Source: Verrucomicrobiota bacterium | Lineage (GTDB): Bacteria; Verrucomicrobiota; Verrucomicrobiia; Chthoniobacterales; JACTMZ01 | Length of the DNA stretch: 41,373 bases | NCBI GenBank assembly: GCA_041177245.1 | Contig: JBEDBL010000001.1 | Coordinates: forward strand, 1 to 41,373 | Reading direction: 5' to 3' | Shown: piece after piece, positions 24,941-33,336 of the stretch | How the letters are laid out: the number at the start of each line of letters is the position of its first letter | Position numbering within the stretch: position 1 is the stretch's first letter | The notes under the pieces: generated by a model | The model's input: the letters and a program-made list of their open reading frames with translations, nothing else | Told to the model about the DNA's origin: nothing | The model's database searches: none | Translations under genes and position numbers: made by a program

Positions 24941-27013
24941 ATGACTGACTGGATTACCGAGAAAAAAAACAACGTTCGCGATCGTGACGCTGTATTTTGG
25001 TGGAGACTTTTTTTCGCAGTCGCCGCGGCCGGTTTCAGCCTGCTCATGATTCTCCAACCTCCGCCTTGGAAAGTTATTGCCGAGGCCGCGGGACAGGAAT
25101 TGACCATCGCGCAACTCGTTTACGCGGGAACATGGCTGGGCGCCCTTGGGTCGGTCGCCATTATGGGACTTCTCTTCGCTATCTGCCCCTGGTGGGCGCT
25201 CGCTCCGCGGCCGCAAAAGGGCAAATGGTGCGCGACCGCCGCACCTCGGTGGTTCTGGCCGACGGTTCTGGCCGCGGTCATTGCCGCCGGATCGATCGCG
25301 GCACCGTCATTGGACGACAGTCTTTGGGACGACGAACACGAGTCACTCGTCTGGTATGTGCTAGGTCGCTATGTGCGGCAGGAACCGGATGGGCACGTCA
25401 AGTTGAAGGAGCACAACTGGCGCCGGACCATATTCGGATACTCCACGCCGAACAACCACATCTTCCACAATATACTGGCGCGTTCGTCCAACGCGCTGTG
25501 GCGTGCCGTGGCCAGACCGAAAGGTTTGCAGTTCAACGAGGTGGCGCTGCGCATACCCGCTTTCCTCGCAGGCTTGGCCTGCATCGCAGCGCTCGGAGTG
25601 CTTCTGCGTGACTTCGGGTTCCCCGCGGCCGGCTCCATCGCCGCTTGGTTTCTCGCATTGCAACCGTGGTTCACGGAGCACATGGCGTTGGCGCGCGGAT
25701 ACACCATCACCATGCTTTGCACCGTTTTGATCTTTGTGTTTTGGCGAAGGGCTCTGGTCTCCGGAGCATGGCTGTGGTGGGTGCTTCTTACCGTTTCCGA
25801 ATTTCTCCTGCTCTGGACCTATCCGGCAGCCGTTTTTCTCGTCGCCGTCTTGAATGTCGCCCTATTTGTATTGCTAAAAACAGGTGCCACCCCGGTGGCA
25901 GGGCCCGAACGAACCGCACTGTCCCGATGGTTCTGTTGCACGGCGCTAGCCGCCGCCGGTTTGTTGCCACTCATTGCCCCTCTCGTTCCGCAACTCCGCA
26001 AATACATCGATTCTTTGACCAGCGGATTGATGGGTTGGCCGTGGCTTGTGAACTTTGCCTCGTTTGTCACCGCGGGCGCGGCTTGGGACAACGGTTCGGG
26101 TTCCGACCGCGATTACCTCGATCTGCAGCTGGTCTCGCACGCCTACGGACACTTGGCCGTGCATATGCTGCTTGCGGGGACCGCGCTGCTTTTTGCGGTC
26201 GGATTTATACGCTTTGCCCGGGGCGGAAAATTGGCACTCGCCGCAACGATCAGCGCTTTGCTCGGTCCCCTTATGCACTGGGTTTATGCGGAGAGCAGCG
26301 GGGTGGTTTTATGGGAATGGTATCTTATCTACGTGCTGCCCTTTGTCTGCATGTTCTGGGGTGTAGGCACTTGGACCGCTTCGATCTCGTTCGTCAAAAT
26401 CACTCGAGCCAGGTGGACCGGCGTGCCGGTCGCAGTTGTTTTGGTGTGCCTCTATGCCATTGTGACCGCGCCGGTGCGTGCGTGGCACTTCAACCACACA
26501 CGCGTACCCTACCGCGAGACCGCGGAAGCCTCGCGCGCGTGTGCGGACGGAAAAGATGCTATTGTCTTCAGCATAACGGGTGCGCCGCTCGCCTACGATC
26601 CAGACCTTTTTTTGATCGAGAAACCGGTGGATCTGGCCATTCTCATGTGTCAGGCAGACGCGCAAAAGCGCCGCCTCATCGCCAACATGGGGCAGATGCA
26701 AACCCTGCAGCTGTGCTACCCCGGAATCTTTGCGCTGGTCGATAACAGGTCTCTGTTCCCGCATGTGGAAAAGTTCAAAGGATTTTTCAGCGGCGGTGAC
26801 AGGTTCCTTTGTTTTTACCGGCCGGGTAGTGCGGCCCTCTTCGACTTTGCGGGAATTCTCACGCCCGAGGAACTGGCTTACGCTAGAAGCAAGGCGGACA
26901 TCGCGCCCGAGAAGTATTTTTCCGGGCGTGTGAAGCGCCATGAGGCGCAGGGGACGGGAGGATACGGCCCCGCTCCGGGTGTCGGCAAAGAGCCCCACCA
27001 TTTCAGAAAATAA
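24941..27013 (+). CDS. GT-C-type polytopic membrane glycosyltransferase (PMT/ArnT-like)
   Basis: The start was set at MTDWITEKK (ATG at 24941); an alternative ATG lies at 24884. More than 10 TM segments. The first periplasmic loop carries LDDSLWDDEHESLVWY, resembling the DE motif of GT39/GT83 enzymes. A soluble tail of about 180 aa follows. Confidence 0.65.
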   Translation: MTDWITEKKNNVRDRDAVFWWRLFFAVAAAGFSLLMILQPPPWKVIAEAAGQELTIAQLVYAGTWLGALGSVAIMGLLFAICPWWALAPRPQKGKWCATAAPRWFWPTVLAAVIAAGSIAAPSLDDSLWDDEHESLVWYVLGRYVRQEPDGHVKLKEHNWRRTIFGYSTPNNHIFHNILARSSNALWRAVARPKGLQFNEVALRIPAFLAGLACIAALGVLLRDFGFPAAGSIAAWFLALQPWFTEHMALARGYTITMLCTVLIFVFWRRALVSGAWLWWVLLTVSEFLLLWTYPAAVFLVAVLNVALFVLLKTGATPVAGPERTALSRWFCCTALAAAGLLPLIAPLVPQLRKYIDSLTSGLMGWPWLVNFASFVTAGAAWDNGSGSDRDYLDLQLVSHAYGHLAVHMLLAGTALLFAVGFIRFARGGKLALAATISALLGPLMHWVYAESSGVVLWEWYLIYVLPFVCMFWGVGTWTASISFVKITRARWTGVPVAVVLVCLYAIVTAPVRAWHFNHTRVPYRETAEASRACADGKDAIVFSITGAPLAYDPDLFLIEKPVDLAILMCQADAQKRRLIANMGQMQTLQLCYPGIFALVDNRSLFPHVEKFKGFFSGGDRFLCFYRPGSAALFDFAGILTPEELAYARSKADIAPEKYFSGRVKRHEAQGTGGYGPAPGVGKEPHHFRK

Positions 27014-28436
27014 AGTAGATGAAGGGATTGAATTTCTGGACGCTCAACATGAGCGCGGACATCCAGAAAACGGCGAGAGACCAAACTGCTTTCGGTGCCG
27101 TGAGCCGTTGAGTCCACGACATCGTGGTCGGTCCGAGCCAGACAAGTAGCGAGGCAAGAAGGAAAACGACGACGAAATACGGCTTCCAAACAATACCGGC
27201 GATCAAGGGCGCCAAATTTCCAGTCCCGGCGAAACCGAACAGTCGGGAATAATACTGCATCGCCCCCGGTAAATCGGGTGCACGGAAAAGAACCCACAGC
27301 AACGCGACAATGGTAAAACTGAACGCCACCTGCAAAAATTCCGGGCACCCGGCCCACAAACTGCGTCGCGGCATGGCGCGCTCGGCTCCGAGCAAGAGCC
27401 CGTGAGCGCATCCCCACAGGATAAAATTCCACGAAGCGCCGTGCCACAAACCTCCGAGGAACATGACAATCAAGAGGTTCGCATAGGTGCGCCATAGTCC
27501 GCGACGGTTGCCTCCCAGCGGGATGTAAAGATAGTCGCGCAGCCAGGTCGACAGAGTGATATGCCAGCGTTGCCAGAAATTGGTGATGCTGTGTGCGCGG
27601 TAGGGCGAATCGAAATTGATGGGAAATCGGAACCCCAGCATCAGCCCCAGTCCGATGGCCATGTCCGAGTATCCGCTGAAGTCGAAATAAATCTGGAAGG
27701 CATACGCGAACAAACCGAACCAAGACTCGAGAAAACCGGCGTCGGTCGCACCGAACAAAATATCGGCAACTTTGCCGCAGGGATTCGCAATGAGCACTTT
27801 CTTGCCGAGGCCGAGCGAGAAGCAAGCCACTCCGCGGGCGAACGCATCCCAATTGCGATCGGGACGCCGCAGTTGCCTTGCCACCGTCTGGAATCTCACG
27901 ATGGGTCCCGCCACGAGTTGCGGAAACATCGACACATAAGCGGCAAAGCCGGCGAAATTACGCAACGCCCTGGCTTCGCCGCGATAGACGTCGATGGTAT
28001 AACTCATCGACTGGAACGTGTAGAAACTGATGCCCAATGGCAGCGTAACCTCGAGGAAAAAGTCCGGCTGAGCCCAGCCGAGTTTCTCGCCGAGGGCGCG
28101 GTAGTTCTCCGCGGCGAAGTTGAAATATTTGAAGAAACCGAGCAGTGAAAGATTGCTCGCGATTGATGCCAAAAGCGCGGCTTTTTCCGTGAAAGTGCGG
28201 TGTTCGATTAGATTGCGGATGCGCCGGTTGCCTTCCCGCAGGAGAACCAGACCGCCAATGTAGTCGATCAAAGTCGACAACATCATTAGCAACATAAAAG
28301 CCGGATTGGCCCACCCGTAGAAGAGGTAGCTGAAGGCCGCAAGAACCCCGAGCCAGACGCGGCGCGGAGCCAGCAGGCTCGCGGCCAGCGCGACCGGAAG
28401 AAAATAAAAAAGAAAAAGGTGGGAGCTGAAGACCAT
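27003..28436 (-). CDS. MBOAT-family membrane O-acyltransferase (AlgI/DltB/PatA-like)
   Basis: 477 aa beginning MVFSSHLFLFYFLPVAL. Motifs FWQRWHITLSTWLRDYLYIPLGGNR and GGLWHGASWNF (the conserved His) are present. Confidence 0.9.
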   Translation of the reverse strand: MVFSSHLFLFYFLPVALAASLLAPRRVWLGVLAAFSYLFYGWANPAFMLLMMLSTLIDYIGGLVLLREGNRRIRNLIEHRTFTEKAALLASIASNLSLLGFFKYFNFAAENYRALGEKLGWAQPDFFLEVTLPLGISFYTFQSMSYTIDVYRGEARALRNFAGFAAYVSMFPQLVAGPIVRFQTVARQLRRPDRNWDAFARGVACFSLGLGKKVLIANPCGKVADILFGATDAGFLESWFGLFAYAFQIYFDFSGYSDMAIGLGLMLGFRFPINFDSPYRAHSITNFWQRWHITLSTWLRDYLYIPLGGNRRGLWRTYANLLIVMFLGGLWHGASWNFILWGCAHGLLLGAERAMPRRSLWAGCPEFLQVAFSFTIVALLWVLFRAPDLPGAMQYYSRLFGFAGTGNLAPLIAGIVWKPYFVVVFLLASLLVWLGPTTMSWTQRLTAPKAVWSLAVFWMSALMLSVQKFNPFIYFIF

Positions 28437-28442
28437 GGGTGT

Positions 28443-29573
28443 TCAGTCGGTAGCGAGAACGGAACGAAAAATTTCCGCGTGGTGCCCGATCCAGCGTTGC
28501 GCGCCAAAGGAGCTTTCGGCGCGGCGCCGTGCGGCGGCGGAAAAATTTCCCAGTTGCGGAAGAATTTCCCCCACCGCCAGGGCCAAGGCCGATCCCGGGG
28601 GAGTCGAGGCGGTTTTCCACGAATGCGGAATATCGATGAGCTTGGCGCACGAATCGTCGACCATTTCGGGAATTCCGCCCGACCGCGCGGCCACCACCGG
28701 CAAACCGCAGGCCAGCGCCTCGGCCACCACTGTCGGACAAGGATCCATGTATTTGGGATGAAGCAGGAGATGATGGTCGCGGTAAATGGACGGTGCTTCG
28801 TCCTGGCGGAAAGGAGGCAGGAAGCGAACGCGATCATGCAGGCCGAATGCTTCGACTGCTTTGCGAACATCGCCATCGGCTCCGCGCCAGATCAAAGGAC
28901 CGGCCACGGTCAGCGTGCATTCCGTCCCGGCTCCGCGCAGTTCGCGCAAGCACTCCAATGCGGCGAAGACGCGATCGCGGTAATTTTGCGTTCCCATGGC
29001 CAGCAAGCGCAGGGGCGATAGAGGCAGTGGTATTTCCGGCGGGCGAAACTTTTGCAGATCAACCGGATTGAGCAGAACCGTCGATGAAATTTCGCAAGGG
29101 CCGAGGAACTTGGCGGCCGACTCGCGGCAAAATTCACTCTGGTATACGACAAAATCCGCAAGGGTGCGCAGGCGGCGCATCGGCGCATTGTGCCTCTCCG
29201 CCTCCAATCCGGCCCAAGCCGGATAACCAACCCCATTCTGGTTCCACATGAACTTGATTCCACGCGAACGGCAGATGCGAACGAGTTCTTCGGCGAAAGG
29301 TGGCTGCGCGCTGCTGACGAGGTAGAGGATGTTGCAGTTGAAATCGTCGCAGCGGAATCCATCGCGCAGCGAAAGCAGCTTCACCGCGCCGCCATGAATG
29401 AACTTGTCCGGGTCGAGGACTCCGCCGAACCCCAAGACCGGTTCCGCAGCATCGAAGCGGCGGATCTCCGCGTAGTTTTGCCGCGCAGCGCGGCGATGCG
29501 GCCACTCGACGATGCGGCACAAGGCATCGCGCAGGCGGCACACCGCGCCGAAAACAATGTTGTGGATAGACAT
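28443..29573 (-). CDS. Glycosyltransferase, GT4-like
   Basis: LLLHPKYMDPCPTVVAEALACGLPVVAARSGGIPEMV is present. An ATG at 29573 (MSIHNIVF) is preferred over the TTG at 29633. Confidence 0.8.
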   Translation of the reverse strand: MSIHNIVFGAVCRLRDALCRIVEWPHRRAARQNYAEIRRFDAAEPVLGFGGVLDPDKFIHGGAVKLLSLRDGFRCDDFNCNILYLVSSAQPPFAEELVRICRSRGIKFMWNQNGVGYPAWAGLEAERHNAPMRRLRTLADFVVYQSEFCRESAAKFLGPCEISSTVLLNPVDLQKFRPPEIPLPLSPLRLLAMGTQNYRDRVFAALECLRELRGAGTECTLTVAGPLIWRGADGDVRKAVEAFGLHDRVRFLPPFRQDEAPSIYRDHHLLLHPKYMDPCPTVVAEALACGLPVVAARSGGIPEMVDDSCAKLIDIPHSWKTASTPPGSALALAVGEILPQLGNFSAAARRRAESSFGAQRWIGHHAEIFRSVLATD

Positions 29574-29597
29574 CGTTACGAGAGCTAATCCATGTAG

Positions 29598-30281
29598 ATG
29601 GAAAACCGGAAGCTTGGCGGCGCATGGCCGCAAATCTGCGACTACTCAGGAGACTTGGGTATTCCGCCCAGTCGCTGGCGAGAAAAGTGGTCGACCCATG
29701 AGATGAGCGCCAAACGTCTGCACAACGCCATCCGCATTTTCCGACCGCGCCGGATCCTCGAAACCGGAACATTCGAGGGACTCGGCACATGGGTTATGGC
29801 CAAAGCACTCGCATCCAACGGCGGTGGCGAGATCATCACTATCGACTACGACGGCGACCCGGAGGTCGCCATGCCCGAGACGGATTGGCGGGAACTCGAC
29901 CGCATCCGGGCGGAGAATCTCGATCGTGCCCGGAAAGATTTTCCGCGGGTTTCGATCGAATTCATCAAAGGCGATTCGCGCAAGGTGCTTCCGGATTTGT
30001 TTCCGGCCAAATGGGATCGCTGGGATTTGTTTTTCCAAGACTCCATGCATTTCGCTTCGGGCATCCGCGCCGAATGGGACATCGTCTGTCCTTTCGCTGC
30101 TCCGAATGCCTTGGTTGTTTTCGACGATGTTTGTCTCGATTGGTGGAAACTCGGGTCATATTTGCGGGGCCAGGACGACTTTTGCATCCGCTTCGTCATT
30201 CGCCAGATGCTCGAACGGTGGTGGCGTTGCCGTTCCACCGCTGAAGGCCGCGCGCAGTTTTGGGCGCAACGCCGCGGCTAG
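29598..30281 (+). CDS. Class I SAM-dependent methyltransferase (Methyltransf_24/CmcI-like)
   Basis: Motif I is RILETGTFEGLGTWVMA. Also present: IITIDYD, IEFIKGDSRKVLPDL and FFQDSMH. The start is uncertain: ATG at 29598 or ATG at 29703. Confidence 0.7.
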   Translation: MENRKLGGAWPQICDYSGDLGIPPSRWREKWSTHEMSAKRLHNAIRIFRPRRILETGTFEGLGTWVMAKALASNGGGEIITIDYDGDPEVAMPETDWRELDRIRAENLDRARKDFPRVSIEFIKGDSRKVLPDLFPAKWDRWDLFFQDSMHFASGIRAEWDIVCPFAAPNALVVFDDVCLDWWKLGSYLRGQDDFCIRFVIRQMLERWWRCRSTAEGRAQFWAQRRG

Positions 30282-31138
30282 TCCGATATTTGCCGGACAA
30301 ACTCGCGCGGGGATATCGCGGCTTTCCATCCGGTGGCGTCGCGCAATTTTGCCGACGACACTTCTGCCGTGGAAACATCCCAAGGATAATGCGGAAGATA
30401 TTCGCGTTCGATCTTCCGACCGCATGAGTCTTCCACAAGCGAGACCAAGTCGTTGACCGAAAGCGAGCATCCCGAGGAGACATTGAAAACGCCACACAGA
30501 TCCGGGGAGAGGACGCTCTCCACCGCTCGGTGGAGGTCCGGCGCGGCGAGATAGTCTTTGATCGCGGAACCATCACCCCAGATTTGGACTTTGTCTCCGG
30601 ATCGGACGGACCGCAGAAGAACAGGAATGATTCCTTGCGGACGTGTCAGCGGACAACCGGCTCCGAAAACATTGGTGATGCGGAGAAGACAAGCGTTGTC
30701 GCATGACGAAAAAAGTTCCTCTGCCTGAAGTTTGGCCGCGGCGTAGCGTCCGAGCGGAGCACAGGGTGTTTCCTCGGTGGCCGGTGTGTCACTTGTGTCC
30801 CCGTAAACCGCAGCAGTGGAAAAGAAAACGATGCGCGGCTGAGTCGGGCAATGCGCGGCCGCTGCGACCAAGTCGCGAACAAAAGGCAGATCCTCTTTTT
30901 CCTCCGTGCCCGGTTTTTCCTCCGAGACCAGGGGAACGGTGCTCCAACCCAGATGCAGGATTGCATCGAATGATGCCAGCACGTCCGGTTTCCGAAGCTC
31001 TTCCAAGTCCCGGTATAGCCCGGCTGCTTCCCGCGAGAACAGGACAACATCATGCCCGGCGCCGACCAGATGGGCGGTCAGACCGGGCGCAAGACGGCCT
31101 CGACCCCCGGTCAGGGCAATTCGTTGACGCGTTTGCAT
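30278..31138 (-). CDS. NAD-dependent epimerase/dehydratase family protein (extended SDR)
   Basis: Variant Rossmann motif IALTGGRGRLAPGL. Also present: FFSTAAVYG and the catalytic YAAAK (YxxxK). Confidence 0.8.
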   Translation of the reverse strand: MQTRQRIALTGGRGRLAPGLTAHLVGAGHDVVLFSREAAGLYRDLEELRKPDVLASFDAILHLGWSTVPLVSEEKPGTEEKEDLPFVRDLVAAAAHCPTQPRIVFFSTAAVYGDTSDTPATEETPCAPLGRYAAAKLQAEELFSSCDNACLLRITNVFGAGCPLTRPQGIIPVLLRSVRSGDKVQIWGDGSAIKDYLAAPDLHRAVESVLSPDLCGVFNVSSGCSLSVNDLVSLVEDSCGRKIEREYLPHYPWDVSTAEVSSAKLRDATGWKAAISPREFVRQISD

Positions 31139-31156
31139 TTTTCTTAGCGCGCCCCT

Positions 31157-32362
31157 CTAGGAACGCCGAAGCTCGGTGATTTTGCTGGCAAGCGAGAGAA
31201 GATCTTCGCGCGACCGGCAGTTCCGGCTGTCGAGGCATTGTCCCGAAAGCGCGGGCGCTGAAATGCGAATTCCCGAATTTTTCATATCGACAGTGCGGTT
31301 CGTGGTGACTTGTCCGCTGACCGAGTGAAACAACGATGCAAATGTGTCCACCATGCCGGGCGCACCCTTCGGGAGATCCGCATAAGCACTCTGCAGCGCG
31401 CGGGCCACGGCGGAAGGGTTGTGCGTGACGGCGGTGTTGGCGGCAGCTAACGCACAAACTTTGCGTAACTCATTCGATCGCGCAGCTCTTTTGAGTAATC
31501 CGACCGCGGCATCTACGGAATTGAAGAGGCATTCATCCGGCAAGACATCGCGCGCCGTTCCAACGGGTGAACTGATCACCAAACATCCGGACGCGAGCGC
31601 TTCGAGCACGGAGTATGGTCCACCTTCCCAGCGGGAGCTGATTACACAAGCGTCGAGAGTCTGGTAAAGTTCGTTCAGCCGCGAACGTGAGAGAATATTG
31701 CGCGGATAGTCATCGGCCGCACCCCACTCCTCGCCGGCAAAAACCACGGGAATGCCCTCGGCCCGGAGCGAATTCAGCAGCCAATGCCGTCGCGGGCCGG
31801 CCAGCAGGACGGTAAGGCCGGGAATTTTTCCGCGAAGTGAACGCGCGATCTCGAAGAAAATATCCGGACCCTTCTGCAACTTGGGTTTGCCCAAATCAGC
31901 GCCTTCCGAATCGCGATGAAAGTTTCCGATGACGAAGGCAACATCGTCCAAGCCGAGCGATTGACGAATTTCCGTTCTACTGGCTAATGGGCGAAAAATG
32001 TCTGGATCGACGCAATACGGAACACGAACGACAGGAAGTCCGAGCCAGCCGAATTGCTCCTCCGCTTCTTGCGAACGGGCAATCCAGAGATCGACGTGCT
32101 TGGAAACTTGGTCGAAACCTTCCGTTCCAACATAGAAGGCGGGCGGATTGTCCGCTTGGCAGACGACGAATTTACCGCGCAAGGCATCGGCGGGGATTGC
32201 GCTCACTGCGGCGGGCCAGGCTGCGTGGACAATGCGCGCGAGGGGTAAGGACGTCCACCGGCATCTGTCGTCCAGCGATCGCCGGACCCATGCAATGTCT
32301 TCGTCCAGCGCCCACGCTACTTTCTGTCCGCCGGCTAGGTGAACATGCCAACTCCCGCTCAT
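31157..32362 (-). CDS. Glycosyltransferase, GT4-like
   Basis: The start was set at MSGSWHVHLAGG (ATG at 32362), overlapping the upstream stop (ATGA at 32359-32362). An EX7E region is present in SSRWEGGPYSVLEALASGCLVISS. The 139-codon upstream extension in the track lies inside the preceding gene. Confidence 0.8.
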   Translation of the reverse strand: MSGSWHVHLAGGQKVAWALDEDIAWVRRSLDDRCRWTSLPLARIVHAAWPAAVSAIPADALRGKFVVCQADNPPAFYVGTEGFDQVSKHVDLWIARSQEAEEQFGWLGLPVVRVPYCVDPDIFRPLASRTEIRQSLGLDDVAFVIGNFHRDSEGADLGKPKLQKGPDIFFEIARSLRGKIPGLTVLLAGPRRHWLLNSLRAEGIPVVFAGEEWGAADDYPRNILSRSRLNELYQTLDACVISSRWEGGPYSVLEALASGCLVISSPVGTARDVLPDECLFNSVDAAVGLLKRAARSNELRKVCALAAANTAVTHNPSAVARALQSAYADLPKGAPGMVDTFASLFHSVSGQVTTNRTVDMKNSGIRISAPALSGQCLDSRNCRSREDLLSLASKITELRRS

Positions 32363-33336
32363 GGACGGGTGGCGAGCAAAGTCTGGATCAGTTGGCGGTA
32401 AGCCAGACACATCTTGTCTCCGGCGGGGCCGTCGGCGAGGAGCCGGGCGCGCAATGAGGAATATTGTTCTCGCAGCTTGTCCATTGCCGGCACCGGATCG
32501 CTTTCGAGCAATACCCCGAATTTTTCCCCGAGTTCCAACGTGCCGCCCGTTTCCGCATAGTAAAGCAGAGGCAATCCGCATTGCAGAGCCTCGACCGGAT
32601 GCATCGCGCCCGGCTCGTAGCGGGAGGCGGACACCGCCGCGTGGCACTGGCGCAGCAAGTCGGCCAGCTTCATTCCCGCGCACGGACCGAAAGTCCGGGC
32701 GGATTGCCAGCGAATGTCCGAAGGCCATCGACCGATGATCCACAGTTCGACACCCGGAAGCCGGCCGACAGCGATACATCGGTCGATTTCGGCGTAGACA
32801 TCAAATCCTTTCGAGGGATTGTCCGACCAATGGTGAGTCACGATGCGGAAGGTCTCGCCCGGTTGCCAAGGCTTGTTGCCGAAAGGATGGAACACCGCGG
32901 GATCGGCGCCATTGATGATGACGGAATGCGGACGCGCCGTATCGAACCAGCGTCTTGCGTGGTGGTCGCGGAGCCAGGAGGAGACAAAGACCGTGTGATC
33001 GGCGGCCGCGTTGGCCTCCGCCAAATATGCATCCATCCCACCGGTTCCTTTGCGCGCATCGTTGTCATTGATGCGCTGGACACAACGAAGCCGCGGATTC
33101 CGCTTTTTGGCGGCGATCACTTCTTCATAGGTGAATTCCAAGGGACCGGTGAGCCCGGCATGCGTTCCCATGACGAGATCGACGCTCTCGTCCAAGCGGT
33201 AAACGACCCGGTAGTCGCAGCACCGCAGATACGCTGATAGTTGCGCGGCCCACTGGTTGCCTCCCCCGTAGGGTCCGCGACGAGGACGCAAATTGAACGC
33301 CACGGTTGCCGTTTTTTTGTTTTGAAAAAAGCTCAT
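32359..33336 (-). CDS. Glycosyltransferase, GT-B fold (GT4-like)
   Basis: 325 aa. An EX7E region is present in SRYEPGAMHPVEALQCGLPLL. The ATG overlaps the upstream stop (ATGA at 33333-33336). Confidence 0.7.
   Translation of the reverse strand: MSFFQNKKTATVAFNLRPRRGPYGGGNQWAAQLSAYLRCCDYRVVYRLDESVDLVMGTHAGLTGPLEFTYEEVIAAKKRNPRLRCVQRINDNDARKGTGGMDAYLAEANAAADHTVFVSSWLRDHHARRWFDTARPHSVIINGADPAVFHPFGNKPWQPGETFRIVTHHWSDNPSKGFDVYAEIDRCIAVGRLPGVELWIIGRWPSDIRWQSARTFGPCAGMKLADLLRQCHAAVSASRYEPGAMHPVEALQCGLPLLYYAETGGTLELGEKFGVLLESDPVPAMDKLREQYSSLRARLLADGPAGDKMCLAYRQLIQTLLATRP

Noticed and set aside
22302-28436. Calling this an alginate (alg) biosynthesis operon
   Set aside because: Only AlgI/AlgJ/AlgX-like acetylation components are present. 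No alg8, alg44, algK, algE, algG, algL, algD or algF equivalents are visible, and the genes are interleaved with GT-C genes on the other strand.
32363-32779. Long N-terminal extensions of track ORFs (31157-32779; also 34295-35482, 35065-35778, 35616-36758, 6717-8363, 16182-17603, 13191-14192, 12176-13060, 3378-4811, 1638-2585, 20304-22292)
   Set aside because: In each case the extension overlaps the preceding real gene or lies antisense to one, and it lacks homology-like sequence. An internal ATG coincides with an ATGA-type or adjacent junction and with the onset of the recognisable domain or signal peptide.
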